A stretch of DNA of 64,000 nucleotides. Source: Octopus sinensis (lineage: Eukaryota). A model generated the notes under the pieces. That model had not been told where the DNA came from. It saw only the letters and a program-made list of their open reading frames with translations, and made no database searches. Below, one piece after another: positions 38,568-52,633 of the stretch; position 1 is the first letter of the stretch; each line of letters opens with the position of its first letter. A program made the translations under genes and the position numbers. The stretch is taken from the NCBI RefSeq assembly GCF_006345805.1, contig NC_042997.1, positions 173,724,001 to 173,788,000 of the forward strand. Direction: 5' to 3'.

Positions 38568-39334
38568 TCATTTCTGTTAAACGCCAAACACTTATCATTT
38601 AGTACTTTATTCTATCCCATTTTGTTTCCGTTCGTTTCTGAACCTCGTATTACAGGTTTATTTGATTTGAGTGACATCGAAATCACCTCCTATGTGTTAT
38701 CTTTCTGAACGTGTTACCGAGATGAGTTGGAGAGATCCGTGTAAGAGCGCAGGCGGTTGACATATAGCAAATTCTACCACTATAAACAAAACTAACTCCG
38801 GAGGTGGTGGAAAATCTCACATTCACTAAAACCACAGGTAGTCTTTGTCGCACATAATACCACACCTGTCACATCATCACATTACAGTAACCACTATTTT
38901 TTTAATTTATTACACACGTATAAATAATATTAGTCAGCTATTGACTATAATATTGTTTTACGTTCACAACATAATCATTTCTAGATAGCTTTTTACTGCT
39001 TCGTATTTTAAGTATATCAACATTAACCTAACTATTGTTTTTCGTGTGGAGAATACTTCTGAAGTACATGTTCTCTAAAGAGCGCCGATCCTCATTGGTA
39101 ACCAATGAAGTGTTTTGTACATTTATTTAATGTTTCTCTCATCGCTATTTCGGAAAATACAGTGATGTTTGTACTTCGTTGATGATCTCTGCTTGAGGAA
39201 AAAACAAGTCGTTAGTCTTCTCTTGTAGTTGTCGTAAAAGAGAATACAATATCAGTTATTCTCAATTATTGCCTGGGTTGTTTTTGTTTTTGTGTTCTAT
39301 AATGGATAATTATTGCTTGTTTGCTTTTTAATAT

Positions 39335-39670
39335 TGGTTTCAAATTTTGGTACAAGGCCAGCAATTTCGAGAAACAGGGCAAGTCGATTACGTCGACTCC
39401 AGTGTTCAACCGGTACTTATTTTATCGACCCCGAAAAGATTAAAATGCAGAGTGGACCTCAGCTCGATTTGAACTGAGAACGTAAAGGCGGACAAAATGC
39501 CGCTAAGCATTTTGCCCGGCGGGCTAACGATTCTGTCAGCTCTCTGCCTTGTTACTTACGGATAGATAGGAGCACACCGTTGGTTACGACGACGAGGGTC
39601 CCAGCTGATACGATCAACAGAACAGCTTGCTCGTGAAATTAACGTACAAGTGACTGAGCACTCATTACAC
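39335..39670 (-). mobile_element. SINE family A copy (39335-39547) plus a SINE family D 3' fragment (39568-39670)
   Basis: Family motifs; the tail CCCTCGTCGTCGTAACC is shared with 55260-55280. Confidence 0.7.
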
Positions 39671-39891
39671 GATATTGTTTCATGCGAGTGTGAGTGAGCA
39701 TATGCATATAGGCACGTGTACATGCGCGCATACGCGATTGCTATGAGCATTTTTACTCCTTTACTTTTTACTTCCTCCCCTTCGGTTTTCCCCTTATTTA
39801 ACGGTCAATCTAATAGCTCTTTTGTCTTAATAACGGTCAATTACATAGTAATTTCCCTTTGTTTAACGATCATTTTCATAGCATATTTTGA

Positions 39892-39966
39892 TTGCCTCGG
39901 TAACTGATGAGATGCCGGAACAGGTTTCCGGCCCGGCATCCGAAACTCGGAGTTTTATTATGGCAA
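39892..39966 (+). ncRNA. Type I hammerhead ribozyme motif within a probable Penelope-type repeat (about 39760-40050)
   Basis: GGTAA-CTGATGA-GATGCCGG-[14 nt]-CCGGCATC-C-GAA-ACT-CGG-AGT-T-TTATT. Stem I extension TTGCC/GGCAA. Confidence 0.7.
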
Positions 39967-40062
39967 CCGAATAATTGTCACGTATTATATTACAGATAAA
40001 TTCCTCTATTTACATAATAGCGAGGTCTCTTTCATTCTTTTATCTTACCATTACTATGAATA

Positions 40063-40144
<82 letters not shown>

Positions 40145-42158
40145 AAATACTAATGATATGAGGAAAACGCCTCGGGATCTCTATACCTATAAGATACAAA
40201 CACACACAAATGGACAAGCATGCACACACCAACATAGATACACGTACACCAGCACACAGACATACAAACACACATTCATACACGCACGCACACACGCGCA
40301 CAAAGCAAGGCTATAAAATACACGCATCATTACCTCCATTGGCCTCGCCTTAATGATGATGACCTCTGCTGAATACAAATGACTATTGTGTGCAATGCTG
40401 CTAAATTCACACGCATACATCACACACACACATACACACGCGCGCGCACTCACACACACGAATCCGCAAACCTCCACACACACACACAGACTCGCATATA
40501 CACGCCTGCACCCACGCATGTTAACAGACAGCCGCAGACGCTCCGACGCGGGACACCCCAATATACACACACACAGATATATTATTTTTCTCCTCCTCTC
40601 TCTCTCTCTCTTTATCCATGTCTCTCCATCTGCCTGTCTGTTTCTCTCAGTTTCTGTGGACCAGTGTGGTCTTGGACTCATGATTGCAAGATGACGGGGT
40701 TCGATTCCTGGGCTGGGCAGCGCGTGTTGTCCTTCAGCAAGGTACTTCATTTCACGTCGTTCTTGACTACTCACTTGAAAATAAATACCTGTTGACTGTC
40801 CCCCCGCCCAACTGTCATATTCTCACTGTTTCACTGAATCAAAGACAAAAGAATCAAGGTAATGAGTATATCTATTCTACAAAGGGATCTAAAATATCTG
40901 TTGCAATCATGGTACAAGCTACCAAGTCAAAGCGCATCAAAGCAAATCAAAGTGCGCGTTTTTATGTCTATTGGTTACGTCCACCATGGGAAGCGTCGTG
41001 AAAAATGACCGTTTGTGGTTTCCTACAAATGCAGAAAAACAACAACTCATACTACTCACTCTAAGTTCTTTTTAAAGAGTTACAGTGAAGCTTGAAAGAA
41101 ATCTCCATGCTATTTTTAGTAGATCAAGCGACCACGTAGAGAATACGTCGCAATAGCTGTATGATATGTATAATTCTACTTATTGGTCCTTTGTGCATTA
41201 TCTTTGCAAAAAATGTGATTCTCAGTGTTTAAATACTGTTTAACCAAAGGCTAACCTTGATTGAGCAAAGCTTTAATCAAAGGCGTTCTGGCTGTGACCA
41301 TCTTATCAGTTCACAGTGCATTTGCAGATTTATATGTTTTATTTTATATAAGTATTCTCGTGAACATAATTCCAAATCATAAAACTCTGGAAAGCTTTAT
41401 AGATTTTTACCTTTCCATTGATGGCTTGGATCTGTAGTCTTCAAATCAGCTCTATCTTTTTTGGTTTTGAGAAGCCTAATTTCTCAAGAGTGGTAATTTA
41501 AGGCAGTGTGTTACATATCATAGTGCTCCAATAATTACAAGTATAAGCCAGGACTTATAATCTGATTAGAGTATCTGTAGATTTCTCAATAGTTCAGCGT
41601 AGGTATTTTCCTTTTCGCTGATCTTTGATTTTATGTTAATATCCGTTGGGCAGCTGATTTCCACAACTGCACACAGTTTCTCTTATCTATCCAAAATCTC
41701 TATGCCAAGTCTATGTACGTATGTATGTATGTATGTATGTATGTATGTATGTATGTATGTATGTATGTATGTATGTATGTATGTATGTATGCATTTTTAC
41801 ATAATGCATTTTGTTGTGTTCACAGTTTAATAAAACAATCATACCCAACATTAATACCTCCAAGATTTCTCTGGTTCTCTTCCGACACCAATTTTGTGTC
41901 TCGTATCTTTGGTTTTGATTTTCTTTGCTCACCGATTTTTATTTTCTATATTTTCCTCTCTTTCCGTTTTCTTTCTTTTCTTTACTGTCGTAATGACTTT
42001 CTTTATATTTCTTGCTTTCATTCTAATATTTGTGTTCAAAAATTTTTTTCCTAAAATTCTTTTAAACTATTTTTCTTTTAAATCTCATACCGTATTGTGT
42101 CTACCCTCCTCTCATTGATCTTTCCATAAATCCCGTCACAAAAAACATACATACATTC

Positions 42159-42189
<31 letters not shown>

Positions 42190-42358
42190 CATACATACAT
42201 ACATACATACATACATACATACATGCATGCATACATACATACGTACATATATACATACATACACACACACATACATACATACATACATACATACATACAT
42301 ACAAATATACATACATACATACATATACAAGAACACAAACTTAAATAAAACCAGGCAC

Positions 42359-42389
<31 letters not shown>

Positions 42390-43325
42390 TTCTCTCTGTC
42401 TGACACACACATACACATACACACACATATTCTCTGTCTGTCTGTCTCTATCTGCCTACCTACCTATATATATATGTGTGTGTGTATATGTGTGTGAGTG
42501 GGAGTGTGTGTGTATATGTGTGTGAGTGGGAGTGTGTGTGTGTGTGTATGTGTACAGAGAATGTGTGAGAGAGACTGTATGTTTCTGTACATGAATACAT
42601 TGAATTTTTACGTGTGCGTATGTGTGTGTGTGTGTGTGTGCATTCTCCCATTCTCCTTTTTAAAATTCTTATCGTCTTTATTCTTTTATTTCGTTTCGGC
42701 GGGGGGGGGGAGTGTCTTCTCACACATTTTCCCCTGTCTCCTTCACCCCTTTAGCTTTTTATTCATCCATCACGTTCTCTCAGCTGGTGTGATATTCTCG
42801 GTAGTCACGCTTCACCGCGTTCGCCCGAATCAGATCTCAGAATTAAACAAAACAAAATAAAAACAAGCAATGAACGAAACAAAACGAACAAAACAAAATC
42901 ACCACCAGTAATAGCTTATATACACCCTCTAGTTTAAAAGTATTCTACTTTAAGCAAGCCACACAACACCCTTTTTAAGCAAGCCACACAACACCATACA
43001 CACTTTAATACGCTTTTTTCGTCAGACACTATACGTTTCCAGCGACCATCTTCTACACTTTATAATTTTCGTTATTTTGTTCGCCCTCTTCTTTCTTTGT
43101 CTTCCATTTTGTCTTTTTCCAGCTGAATTCAGTTGGTTCTTAGCGAGGTGGGCCTTTTTTTTCTTTTTGTTATGTGCCCATTGGTTTTAGGGTGAAATAG
43201 ATATGTGCATGGATATGTGTGTAAGTAAGTGTATGTAAATCAGTTATGTTTCATTCTCTGTATGAAAGATATGCGTAGGTTATATATATGCATGTGTGTT
43301 GTCCTTTTAATATATCTTGCTGATA

Positions 43326-43716
43326 GGTTGCGAGCTGGCAGAATCATTTAGCACGCCGGGCGAAATGCTTAGCGGTATTTCGTCTGCCGCTACGTCCTGA
43401 GTTCAAATTCCGCCGAGGTCGACTATGCCTTTCATCCTTTCGGGGTCGATTAAATAAGTACCAGTTACACACTGGGGTTGATATAATCGACTTAATCTGT
43501 TTGTCTGTCCTTGTTCGTCCCCTCTGTGTTTAGCCCTTTGTGGGTAGTAAAGAAATGGGTATTTTGATCGACTTTGTATCGTGAGTTCAAATTCCGCCGA
43601 AGCTGACTTTGCCTTTCATCCTTTCGAAGTCGATTAAATAAGTACCAGTTGAGCACTTAGGTCCATGTAACCCATCCTCCGAAATCGCTGCTCCTGTGCC
43701 AACGTTTGAAACCATT
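43326..43716 (+). mobile_element. SINE family A composite (old head, young body and tail, old remainder)
   Basis: Tail joins GGTATTT at 43558. Flanking near-repeat TATCTKGCTGA at 43313-43323 and 43718-43728. Confidence 0.8.
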
Positions 43717-44817
43717 TTATCTGGCTGACTGTTGGGGAAATGTCCTCGTTTAGCCACAGGACAGCCACTGACTGAATACTATTAACGATCAAAGAGTTTC
43801 CAGCTTTCACTTTCCTGTTTGTTTATCATTTTTCACGACATAGTAAATGTACGTTTAGATGAGATTTGAGGAGGATTTGGTTGTTATTTCTAGCAGTTCC
43901 AGGGTCCACATAACTCACCCTTTAAATCTTTGCATATGGATGTACACCTCACTCACACAAGCATACGCACATATCTATTCTTCTATTTCTTTCAGTCATT
44001 TGACTGCGGCCATGCTGGAGTATCGTCTTAAAAGGGTTTTTAGTCGAAGAAATCGACCCCAGGACTCATTCTTTCTAAGCTTAGTACTTATCTTTTGAAC
44101 TCTTTTTATATAACCGTTAAGTTACGGGGATGCAAACACACCAACATCGGTGGATCTTTTCAATCTCAGTCACAGACGTTTTAATTAATTTTTTTTTTTA
44201 ACTAAACAGTTTGAAACTTCGGATACTGGTTGAATGTGTAACGTAGAACACGGTTTTCACTTAAAGCTTTTGACAAAATTTTGTATTTTAGAAGTTATTT
44301 CGTGTTAAAGTTGTCGTGTTTGGGTAATCTTAACCAATCAATGACGTGTATTCAGCTGAAGAAAGTTACTGCTCGTCGTATATATATATATATACGACGA
44401 GCTTCTTTCAGTTTCCGTCTACCAAATCCACCCACAAGGCTTTGGTCGGCCCGAGGCTATAGTAGAAGACACTTGCCTAAGGTACCACGCCGTAGGACTG
44501 AACCCGGAGCCATGTATTTGTGAAGCAAACTTCTTACCACACAGCCACATAAAGTTTCAACCAAATAAATAAATCTAGAAATAAGAACTCAATAATCTCA
44601 ACCTGAATATACCAGGAAACTTTTAACTAAACGTCTTCTTAGAGAAAAGTGACTACTGGCGGCATGGAAATACATATTCTAGGTTTTCTAAAAGCCGATT
44701 CACAGCGGGACAACTGCTAAAAACTCATTTGTACAGAAATACCCCATTGTCACATTACTTCTGGTATCTATGGTAAAAGATAAAGAGATCGCTAAACCTA
44801 GCACCAGTCATAATACG

Positions 44818-45290
44818 TGTTTCTTTACTATCCACAAGAGTTTCCAGCTTTCACTTTCCTGTTTGTTTATCATTTTTCACGACATAGTAAATGTACGTTT
44901 AGATGAGATTTGAGGAGGATTTGGTTGTTATTTCTAGCAGTTCCAGGGTCCACATAACTCACCCTTTAAATCTTTGCATATGGATGTACACCTCACTCAC
45001 ACACGCATACGCACATATCTATTCTTCTATTTCTTTCAGTCATTTGACTGCGGCCATGCTGGAGTATCGTCTTAAAAGGGTCTTTACTATCCACACAGAG
45101 AGGACAAACAAGTACAGACAAACGGATTAAGTCGATTACATCGACCCCAGTGCGTCACTGGTACTTAATTTATCGACCCCGAAAGGATGAAAGGTAAAGT
45201 CGACCTCGGCGGAATTTGAACTTAGAATTCAGCGGCGGACGGAATACCACAAAGCCATTTCGCCCGGCGTGCTAACGTTTCTGCCAGCTC
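44818..45290 (-). mobile_element. Young SINE family A copy with a 246-bp local sequence inserted in its tail
   Basis: 17-bp TSD GCACCAGTCATAATACG (44801-44817 and 45291-45307). 44836-45081 duplicates 43792-44037. Confidence 0.85.
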
Positions 45291-45681
45291 GCACCAGTCA
45301 TAATACGACGATCAATAGCTATAACTTGTGCGTATTAAAGGAACTTAACTTACTGGAACTGGCTGCTGGCAAATATATGGAAATAAATGGAAGAAACATT
45401 GGCTTCGAGACTGAATGCAAATAGATAAATAAATCATATTATCCATACAATTTTTCAAACACATTCATGCTCCAGATTCGTTCCAACTGGAAACCGTCTG
45501 AAAATCTGAATCTTGAATCCACGATCGTGAAACTGGATATTTAAGTTAAGCATGCAGTGGAAGAATTAAAAATGATGTCTGAGTTACTTTATTTCCCCAC
45601 TCCTTTCTATATTCCGTTTACACATAGGGAGTATTCCTGAGCGGGTTGTTACATGTACATGGAAGGTGGAGCACTTAATTC

Positions 45682-45902
45682 TACTCTTTTACTCTTTTTC
45701 ATCGTTTCAGTCATTTGACTGCGGCCATGCTGGAGCACCGCCTTGTAGTCGAGAAAATCGACCCCAGGACTTATTCTTTGTGAGCCTAGTACTTATTCTA
45801 TCGGTATCTTTTGCCGAACCGCTAAGTTACAGAGACGTAAACACACCACCATCGGTTGTCAAGCGATGTTGGGGGGGGGGCAACACAGATGCACAAGCAT
45901 AT

Positions 45903-45948
<46 letters not shown>

Positions 45949-46610
45949 GTATATACGATGGGCTTCTTTCAGTTTCCGTCTACCAAATTCATTCACAAGG
46001 ATTTGGTCGGCCCGAGGCTATAGTTGAAGACACCATCTCCAAGGTGCCACGCAGTAGGAATGTGGTTGGTAAGCACGCTACTTACTACACAGTCACGGAA
46101 CCATGTGGTTGTTAAGCAAGCTACTTACCACACAGCCACTCCTGCGCCTATCTATTATTTGACAGTATGTTTTATGAATTTTGATATAATTCGTCACATA
46201 GGCGCAGGAGTGGTTGTGTGGTAAGCTTACCAACCACATGGTTCCGGGTTCAGTCCCACTGCGTGACATCTTGGGCAAGTGTCTTCTGCTATAGCCCTGG
46301 GCCGACCAATGCCTTGTGAGTGGATTTGGTAGACGGAAACTGAAAGAAGCCTGTCGTATATATGTATATATATATAAGTGTGTGTGTATATGTTTGTGTG
46401 TCTGTGTTTGTCCCCCTAGCATTGCTTGACAACCGATGCTGGTGTGTTTACGTCACCGTCACTTAGCGGTTCGGCAAAAGAGACCGATAGAATAAGTACT
46501 GGGCTTACAAAGAATAAGTCCCAGGGTCGATTTGCTGGACTAAAGGCGGTGCTCCAGCATGGCCGCAGTCAAATGACTGAAACAAGTAAAAGAGAGAAAA
46601 GAGTAAAGAG
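45682..46610. mobile_element. Head-to-head pair of SINE family B copies (45682-46148 minus, 46201-46610 plus)
   Basis: Two full copies in inverted orientation, 52 bp apart. Confidence 0.85.
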
Positions 46611-47321
46611 TATTTAAATTGTAGAAGCTGAATATTTTCATTTAATCAAAAGTTCAACTCAATTCTTATACGAACGTAAAGACCGTCACAATTAACTGTT
46701 TGTGCACTTAATCTTGAAGTCACTAAATCCTAAGTGCAAGACCAAATGAGGAATTCTCTGCTCATGTTGCAGACTTATTCTATTCAAGTGATTTAAGCTA
46801 ACTCATATCATACGTAAGTGGATGATTATATAACAAATATTCAGAGCTGCAACAGTAAAAATACTACTTGACATTTAAATTTAAGATTGTAATCAGAGAA
46901 TATAATTAATCCCATTTCATTAACTCTAAGTTTATTTACACTGATTGCCATCCTGTAACATTTAAATTATTTCCCTTTTTAATTAATCCCCTTTAACATT
47001 CACAATTTCAATTTAATTACTACTATGATGTTTGGTAATGTTTAAGTTAGCTCCCTTCAATTACTCCCTTTTAATAATTTCTATTTGCAACTTAATTACT
47101 ACCTTTGAACATATATTTTTTATTTCTACTCTATAATCATTTGCATATTCAGCCACAATTACTTCTCTTCAACTAAATATTTTATTTGTAATCGCGAATT
47201 ATCTTCCTTATCATTTTATGTTGAGCCGCAAAAACTTACTTATGGGCATGTTACATGTAATCTGGATCAGCAAACAACATCCCAGATTTCACTGAATATT
47301 ATTTCATTATAAACTACCGCA

Positions 47322-47484
47322 GACGGGAGAGTGATTGTGTGGTAAGTAGCTTGGTTAGCAACCACATGGTTCCGGGTTCATTCCCACTGCGTGGCACTTT
47401 GGGCAAGTCGTCTTCTACTATAGCCACGGGTCGACCAAAGCCTTGTGAGTGGATTTGATAGACGGAAACTGAAAGAAGCCCGTC

Positions 47485-47521
<37 letters not shown>

Positions 47522-47707
47522 GGTCCCGGGTTGATTCGGGGTTAACCACAGTAAATAAGGTACTCAATACATAGCAGAGTAAAATTAATTTATTATATAG
47601 AAGGAGCTTCTACAGGACTAGAACTGTTTCATTCAAGAGAAATCTTCAGGAAGCTTCCTGAAGATTTCTCTTGAATGAAACAGTTCTAGTCCTGTAGAAG
47701 CTCCTTC

Positions 47708-47749
<42 letters not shown>

Positions 47750-47757
47750 TGTATGTA

Positions 47758-47788
<31 letters not shown>

Positions 47789-48002
47789 TTGTGTGTCTGT
47801 GTTTGTCCCCACACCAACATCACTTGACAACCGATGCTAGTGTGTTTACGTCCCCGTAACTTAGCGGTTCGGCAAAAGGGACCGATAGAATAAATACTAG
47901 GCTTACAAAGAACGAATTTTGGAGTCGTATTGCTCGACTAAAGGCGGTGCTCCAGCATGGCCACAGTCAAATGGCTGAAACAAGTAAAAGAAAAATAAAG
48001 AG
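47322..48002 (+). mobile_element. SINE family B interrupted at its (TA)n by a Penelope-type fragment (about 47520-47716)
   Basis: The family B 5' and 3' halves flank the insertion. Confidence 0.8.
47591..47716. ncRNA. Perfect 126-bp palindrome carrying a type I hammerhead on each strand (plus copy 47652-47702, minus copy 47605-47655)
   Basis: AGCTTC-CTGAAGA-T-TTC-TCTT-GAA-T-GAA-ACAG-TTCTAGTC-CTGT-A-GAAGCT. Palindrome centre AAGCTT. Confidence 0.75.
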
Positions 48003-48371
48003 TACCGTCTAATGACTCATATGTGACGTACAATATTCGAATAGCGGCGGAGACAGCGCAGCCAAATAGACGTGGTAATTAAACTATTTTGCCAATAATA
48101 ACACATGCATTGTATATAGAATTTTTTAAATGTATTTTTTATAGCCAACATTTAAATGTAGTTCTTTGGAGGTGCTTTTAAATGTGTGCTACAAAGTAAG
48201 GGAGCCTGTGAACGGTTCAGCAGTATACATCCTCTTGTTATGAGTTCTTTCACGCCTCTTTCAGAAATGAACTCCTTCTTTTACACTCTGCAACACACAT
48301 CCTGCTACTCTAATTCATTTACATCCTCTCTCCACTTCTTTTAATCTTCATCCTGTTAATTATATATAAGA

Positions 48372-48671
48372 CTAGCAGTATCGCCCGGCGTTGCTCGGGT
48401 TTGTAAGGGAAATAACTATGTAAGCATTTTTAGAGAGTTATTTCCCTTATATAATAGCAAAAAAATGCATTAAAAATGGGAAAAATTATGGTAATTTTTT
48501 TTTAATCGTAGACTCATCGTAGACGCGCGCTAATACCCAGAAGGGCTTGATATGACTCACGACTATAAGATACCCGCTTTTGGTTAAACTGCACCGTAAA
48601 ATGTGGGAGTAGTTAGGAATCTAAATCGTAGGAGACAGACACTCACACAACTTCAGTTTTATATATAAAGA
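48372..48671 (-). mobile_element. Non-autonomous Helitron
   Basis: Same termini and A|T site; same internal type as the 6324 copy. Confidence 0.8.
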
Positions 48672-49078
48672 TTAATTCTTCCTTGTAAGTTTTCACACTC
48701 CTCTTTAAATAAACACTAAATTTTCAGGATGAATATGGTACTCTTCTTCACTATCAGAATATAAACTAGTTCTATTTTTTCTTTCAAATAAACACTAACT
48801 ATCAGATTGCAATGTCGAAGTAGCATGAAGATTGTGTGCTGTCTTCGCATGCTTAAAATCTGATAGGTAGATAAATCTTTTTAATAGAATTATGTTCATT
48901 CTCTCCGGTACCATAGGCATCTCGGAGGATACACCAAATTTATTCTATCGGATCTCAGTAGTAGAAATGACGCTGTGGCGCTGCGCTATGCCAAATCATT
49001 GGCAGAATGTATTCGTACTTCAAACTCTACTTGGAAGAAATCTGTGAAACTGGAGATTTAACATAATTCTACCAAGAA

Positions 49079-49149
<71 letters not shown>

Positions 49150-49519
49150 AGTGTGTTTGATTTTTGCCTTTCGATGATGAAATGGTAGACAATTTAACGT
49201 ATTGAAGTAATATATATCAAGTGCAATATCAATATAACATATTGAAGTAATATATCAAGTGCAAATAAGTTGCCACGCGCTTGAAACAATTGTAGCATGC
49301 ATAGAACACTGTTAATATGTATTCATCATCATCATATATAATAATAATTATTATTATGTTCATTAATTTTAAGTAATAAGAATTTCTTCTAACATTTTAC
49401 AAGTTTCTTTTATTTTGTATTGCATAATTTTAATTTTTTTCATATTTTTATTAACCACAATAACAATAACATCATCAGCAGTAGCACATACAATAACAAC
49501 AACACTGAATGATGTTCAT

Positions 49520-49723
49520 GATATTAATAATAATAATAATAATAATAAATAATAATAATAATAATAATAATAATATTGGTAATAATAATAATAATATAAT
49601 AATAATAATATTGGTAATAATGTAATAATAATAATAATGATAATAATAATAATAAATAATAATAATAATAATAATATAATAATATTGGTAATAATAATAA
49701 TAATAATAATAATATTGGTAATA

Positions 49724-49810
<87 letters not shown>

Positions 49811-49812
49811 GT
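49520..49812. repeat. (TAA)n microsatellite
   Basis: Seen directly. Confidence 0.95.
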
Positions 49813-50270
49813 TGATAATGATCATAGCATTAATAATTATAGAAAAACTGAAACAAATCCCCTGATTTATGATCTTAAATATTTTACAGACGAATGACTT
49901 TAAAACAACAAAGTCAACAAAATACGTGAAATGTAAAATAAATATATAAAAGCATCTGTGTGACCTAATATTGCAAACATATGTGTGAGTCAGAGCCTAT
50001 GTTTCTGTGTGTGTGTGAGACTATGTGTATGTTCATATATATATATATACACATATATATATATATGCACACACACACACATGTATGTATGCATGTATGA
50101 ATATGTATATATATATAGTGTGCATGTGTATGTGGTATGATCTATTTGCGAGCAGGTGTGGTGGGTATCATATGTGTCTGTTTATGGTCGGTTGATGATT
50201 TCGTCGGCGTATACCAGGGTGAATTTTGAGCTTATATAGAAACATTATATATATATATATATATATATAG

Positions 50271-50319
<49 letters not shown>

Positions 50320-50448
50320 AAGGAGAGAGAGAGAGAGAGTGAGAGATAGATAGATAGATTGATAGATATATATACATGATAGATCGCTAGCCTCTACTGA
50401 TTCTTTGTCTTCTATCTTTATTTTCTCTCCTTGTTTCTTTCTGTGTTC

Positions 50449-50484
50449 CTTTCTGTGGAAGAGCGTAGGCCCGAAATGTTAAAG
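50449..50484 (+). ncRNA. Degenerate minimal hammerhead relic
   Basis: CTTT-CTGTGGA-A-GAGC-GTAG-GCCC-GAA-ATGT-T-AAAG. Same layout as 10623 but with core mutations; likely inactive. Confidence 0.4.
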
Positions 50485-50694
50485 AGTTTTTCACTTCCCG
50501 AGCGTTAAACTAGTTCATCTGTTTGTTGTCTACACCACCTGTTTTCGTCTTTTGTCCTTTTTTTTTTGTGAATTCTCCCTAGATATATATACGTAACTGT
50601 GTTTGTCTGCGTAGACAGTGTCATATTGGTCTCATGCCATGAGTCCATAGCTTATACAAACATACACAGAGATACACAAAAGAAAATACGCGCA

Positions 50695-50773
<79 letters not shown>

Positions 50774-51225
50774 CATCTGCTCGAATCGAAACTTATCAAC
50801 TACATTATTGTATTATTATAAAACAATTTTGAATTTGACCAATCATACTCCCTTACATCACTAAGAACATACGACGTCAGCGTTAGTGCCTTCCACATCA
50901 CCACCACCGCCGCCGCCGCCCCAACCACCACCACCACCACCACCACCACCACCACCACCACCACTACCACCACCACCACCACTTGCTATCACTCATTAGA
51001 TTATATCGTCTGCGATATAATAGTAGTGCAATCTACCAAGTTATTAATGGAGCAATGTGCTGCGTTCAAATATATCCGGTGTATTTAACCAGAAAATTAC
51101 TCGGATACCAATTAACGATGACTACATCGTTAGTTGAATAAGAAATTTAGCTTTACATTTCATTAAGCAACACCATATTTCTTTGGTGAGCTCTACGATG
51201 GTAATCACATAACTTGACAAAATGC

Positions 51226-51294
<69 letters not shown>

Positions 51295-51336
51295 CATCAT
51301 CATCCTCATCATCATCATCATCATCCTCATCATCAA

Positions 51337-51368
<32 letters not shown>

Positions 51369-51551
51369 CCATCATCATCATCATTATCATCATCATCACC
51401 ATTATGTGGACTATAGGCTACGTATTGCTGGCGCTCAGCATGTTTGAAAACAATCGTTGCTTGTTTTTTTTAGGTAATTGTAGTGTTATATTTTTTTTAT
51501 ATATGTTTTCCTTTTTTTTATTTTGGAAGCCATCATGAGGTGAGATATGTG

Positions 51552-51615
<64 letters not shown>

Positions 51616-51940
51616 ATTATTATTATTATTTCGACTAAATAAGGAGCTGTTAAGCTGAAAATATCTTCGTTGACAAATTACTGGAAAAAAATTATCAAGT
51701 TTGAAAATGATTTTCTGTGGTTTTGCGGGTGGGAAAGCGAGAGAAAATGTTGAAAAGGTAGAAAAAATGAATAGACGAAAAACACGGCTTTATTACAAAA
51801 GAATGCTTCTGACCAGTGGTTTAAAGTCTATGAAAATACTAGCTACAGCAAAATAGCACCAGCATGGTGGTCACGCCTCATAACAACAGAATAATAATAA
51901 TGGTAATATTAATAACAATAATAATAATAATAATAATAAT

Positions 51941-52464
51941 CAAGGATTGGAAAAAAGGCACCTGATTACTGATAGACATTGCAGTCCCTTCTGACAAAAA
52001 TATTACCCCCACCCCACCAGAAAAGTGGAGAAATTGTCAAAGTACGAAGACCTCTAAATTGAAGTATTCAAAATGTGGGGTAACAATACCAGTACTAATT
52101 GGAGTATTGGGCATGATAAAAAAAAAATAAAATAACACATATGGACAAAAATGTAGGAGATATACCTGGACCCTCAATATTACACATTATCCAGAAAAGA
52201 ACCCCGCTAGGAACAGCCCACATCCTACGCAAGACATTATCGGTTCAATAATACAACCCAGATAAAAGTCTGTAAACACAAGACACACTTTTTATAGCAA
52301 ATATATAGCAAATAAACAACCAACAGCAGGCTGGTTACCCAACGGAAGAGCACAACACACAATACAAGCACTAATGCTGCAAAAAAAAATACTGCACCAG
52401 ACTCCATAACAAAAGGAGGTGTAGTAGGTGACGCAGTAGAAAATTGCCTGAAACTATCAAATGT

Positions 52465-52466
<2 letters not shown>
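51941..52466 (+). mobile_element. R4/Dong-clade LINE 3' fragment (RLE domain plus 3' UTR), decayed
   Basis: LLIDIAVPSDKNI...EKLSKYEDL...GVLGMIKK...LGTAHILRKTLS. (AAT)n on both sides. Confidence 0.8.
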
Positions 52467-52542
<76 letters not shown>

Positions 52543-52547
52543 TAATA

Positions 52548-52620
<73 letters not shown>

Positions 52621-52633
52621 CAACAACAACAAC

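Noticed and set aside
45527-49062. 17/18 match GTGAAACTGGAKATTTAA ending two short frames (VKL[D/E]I*)
   Set aside because: A match of this length is expected by chance in 64 kb of AT-rich DNA; no further similarity.
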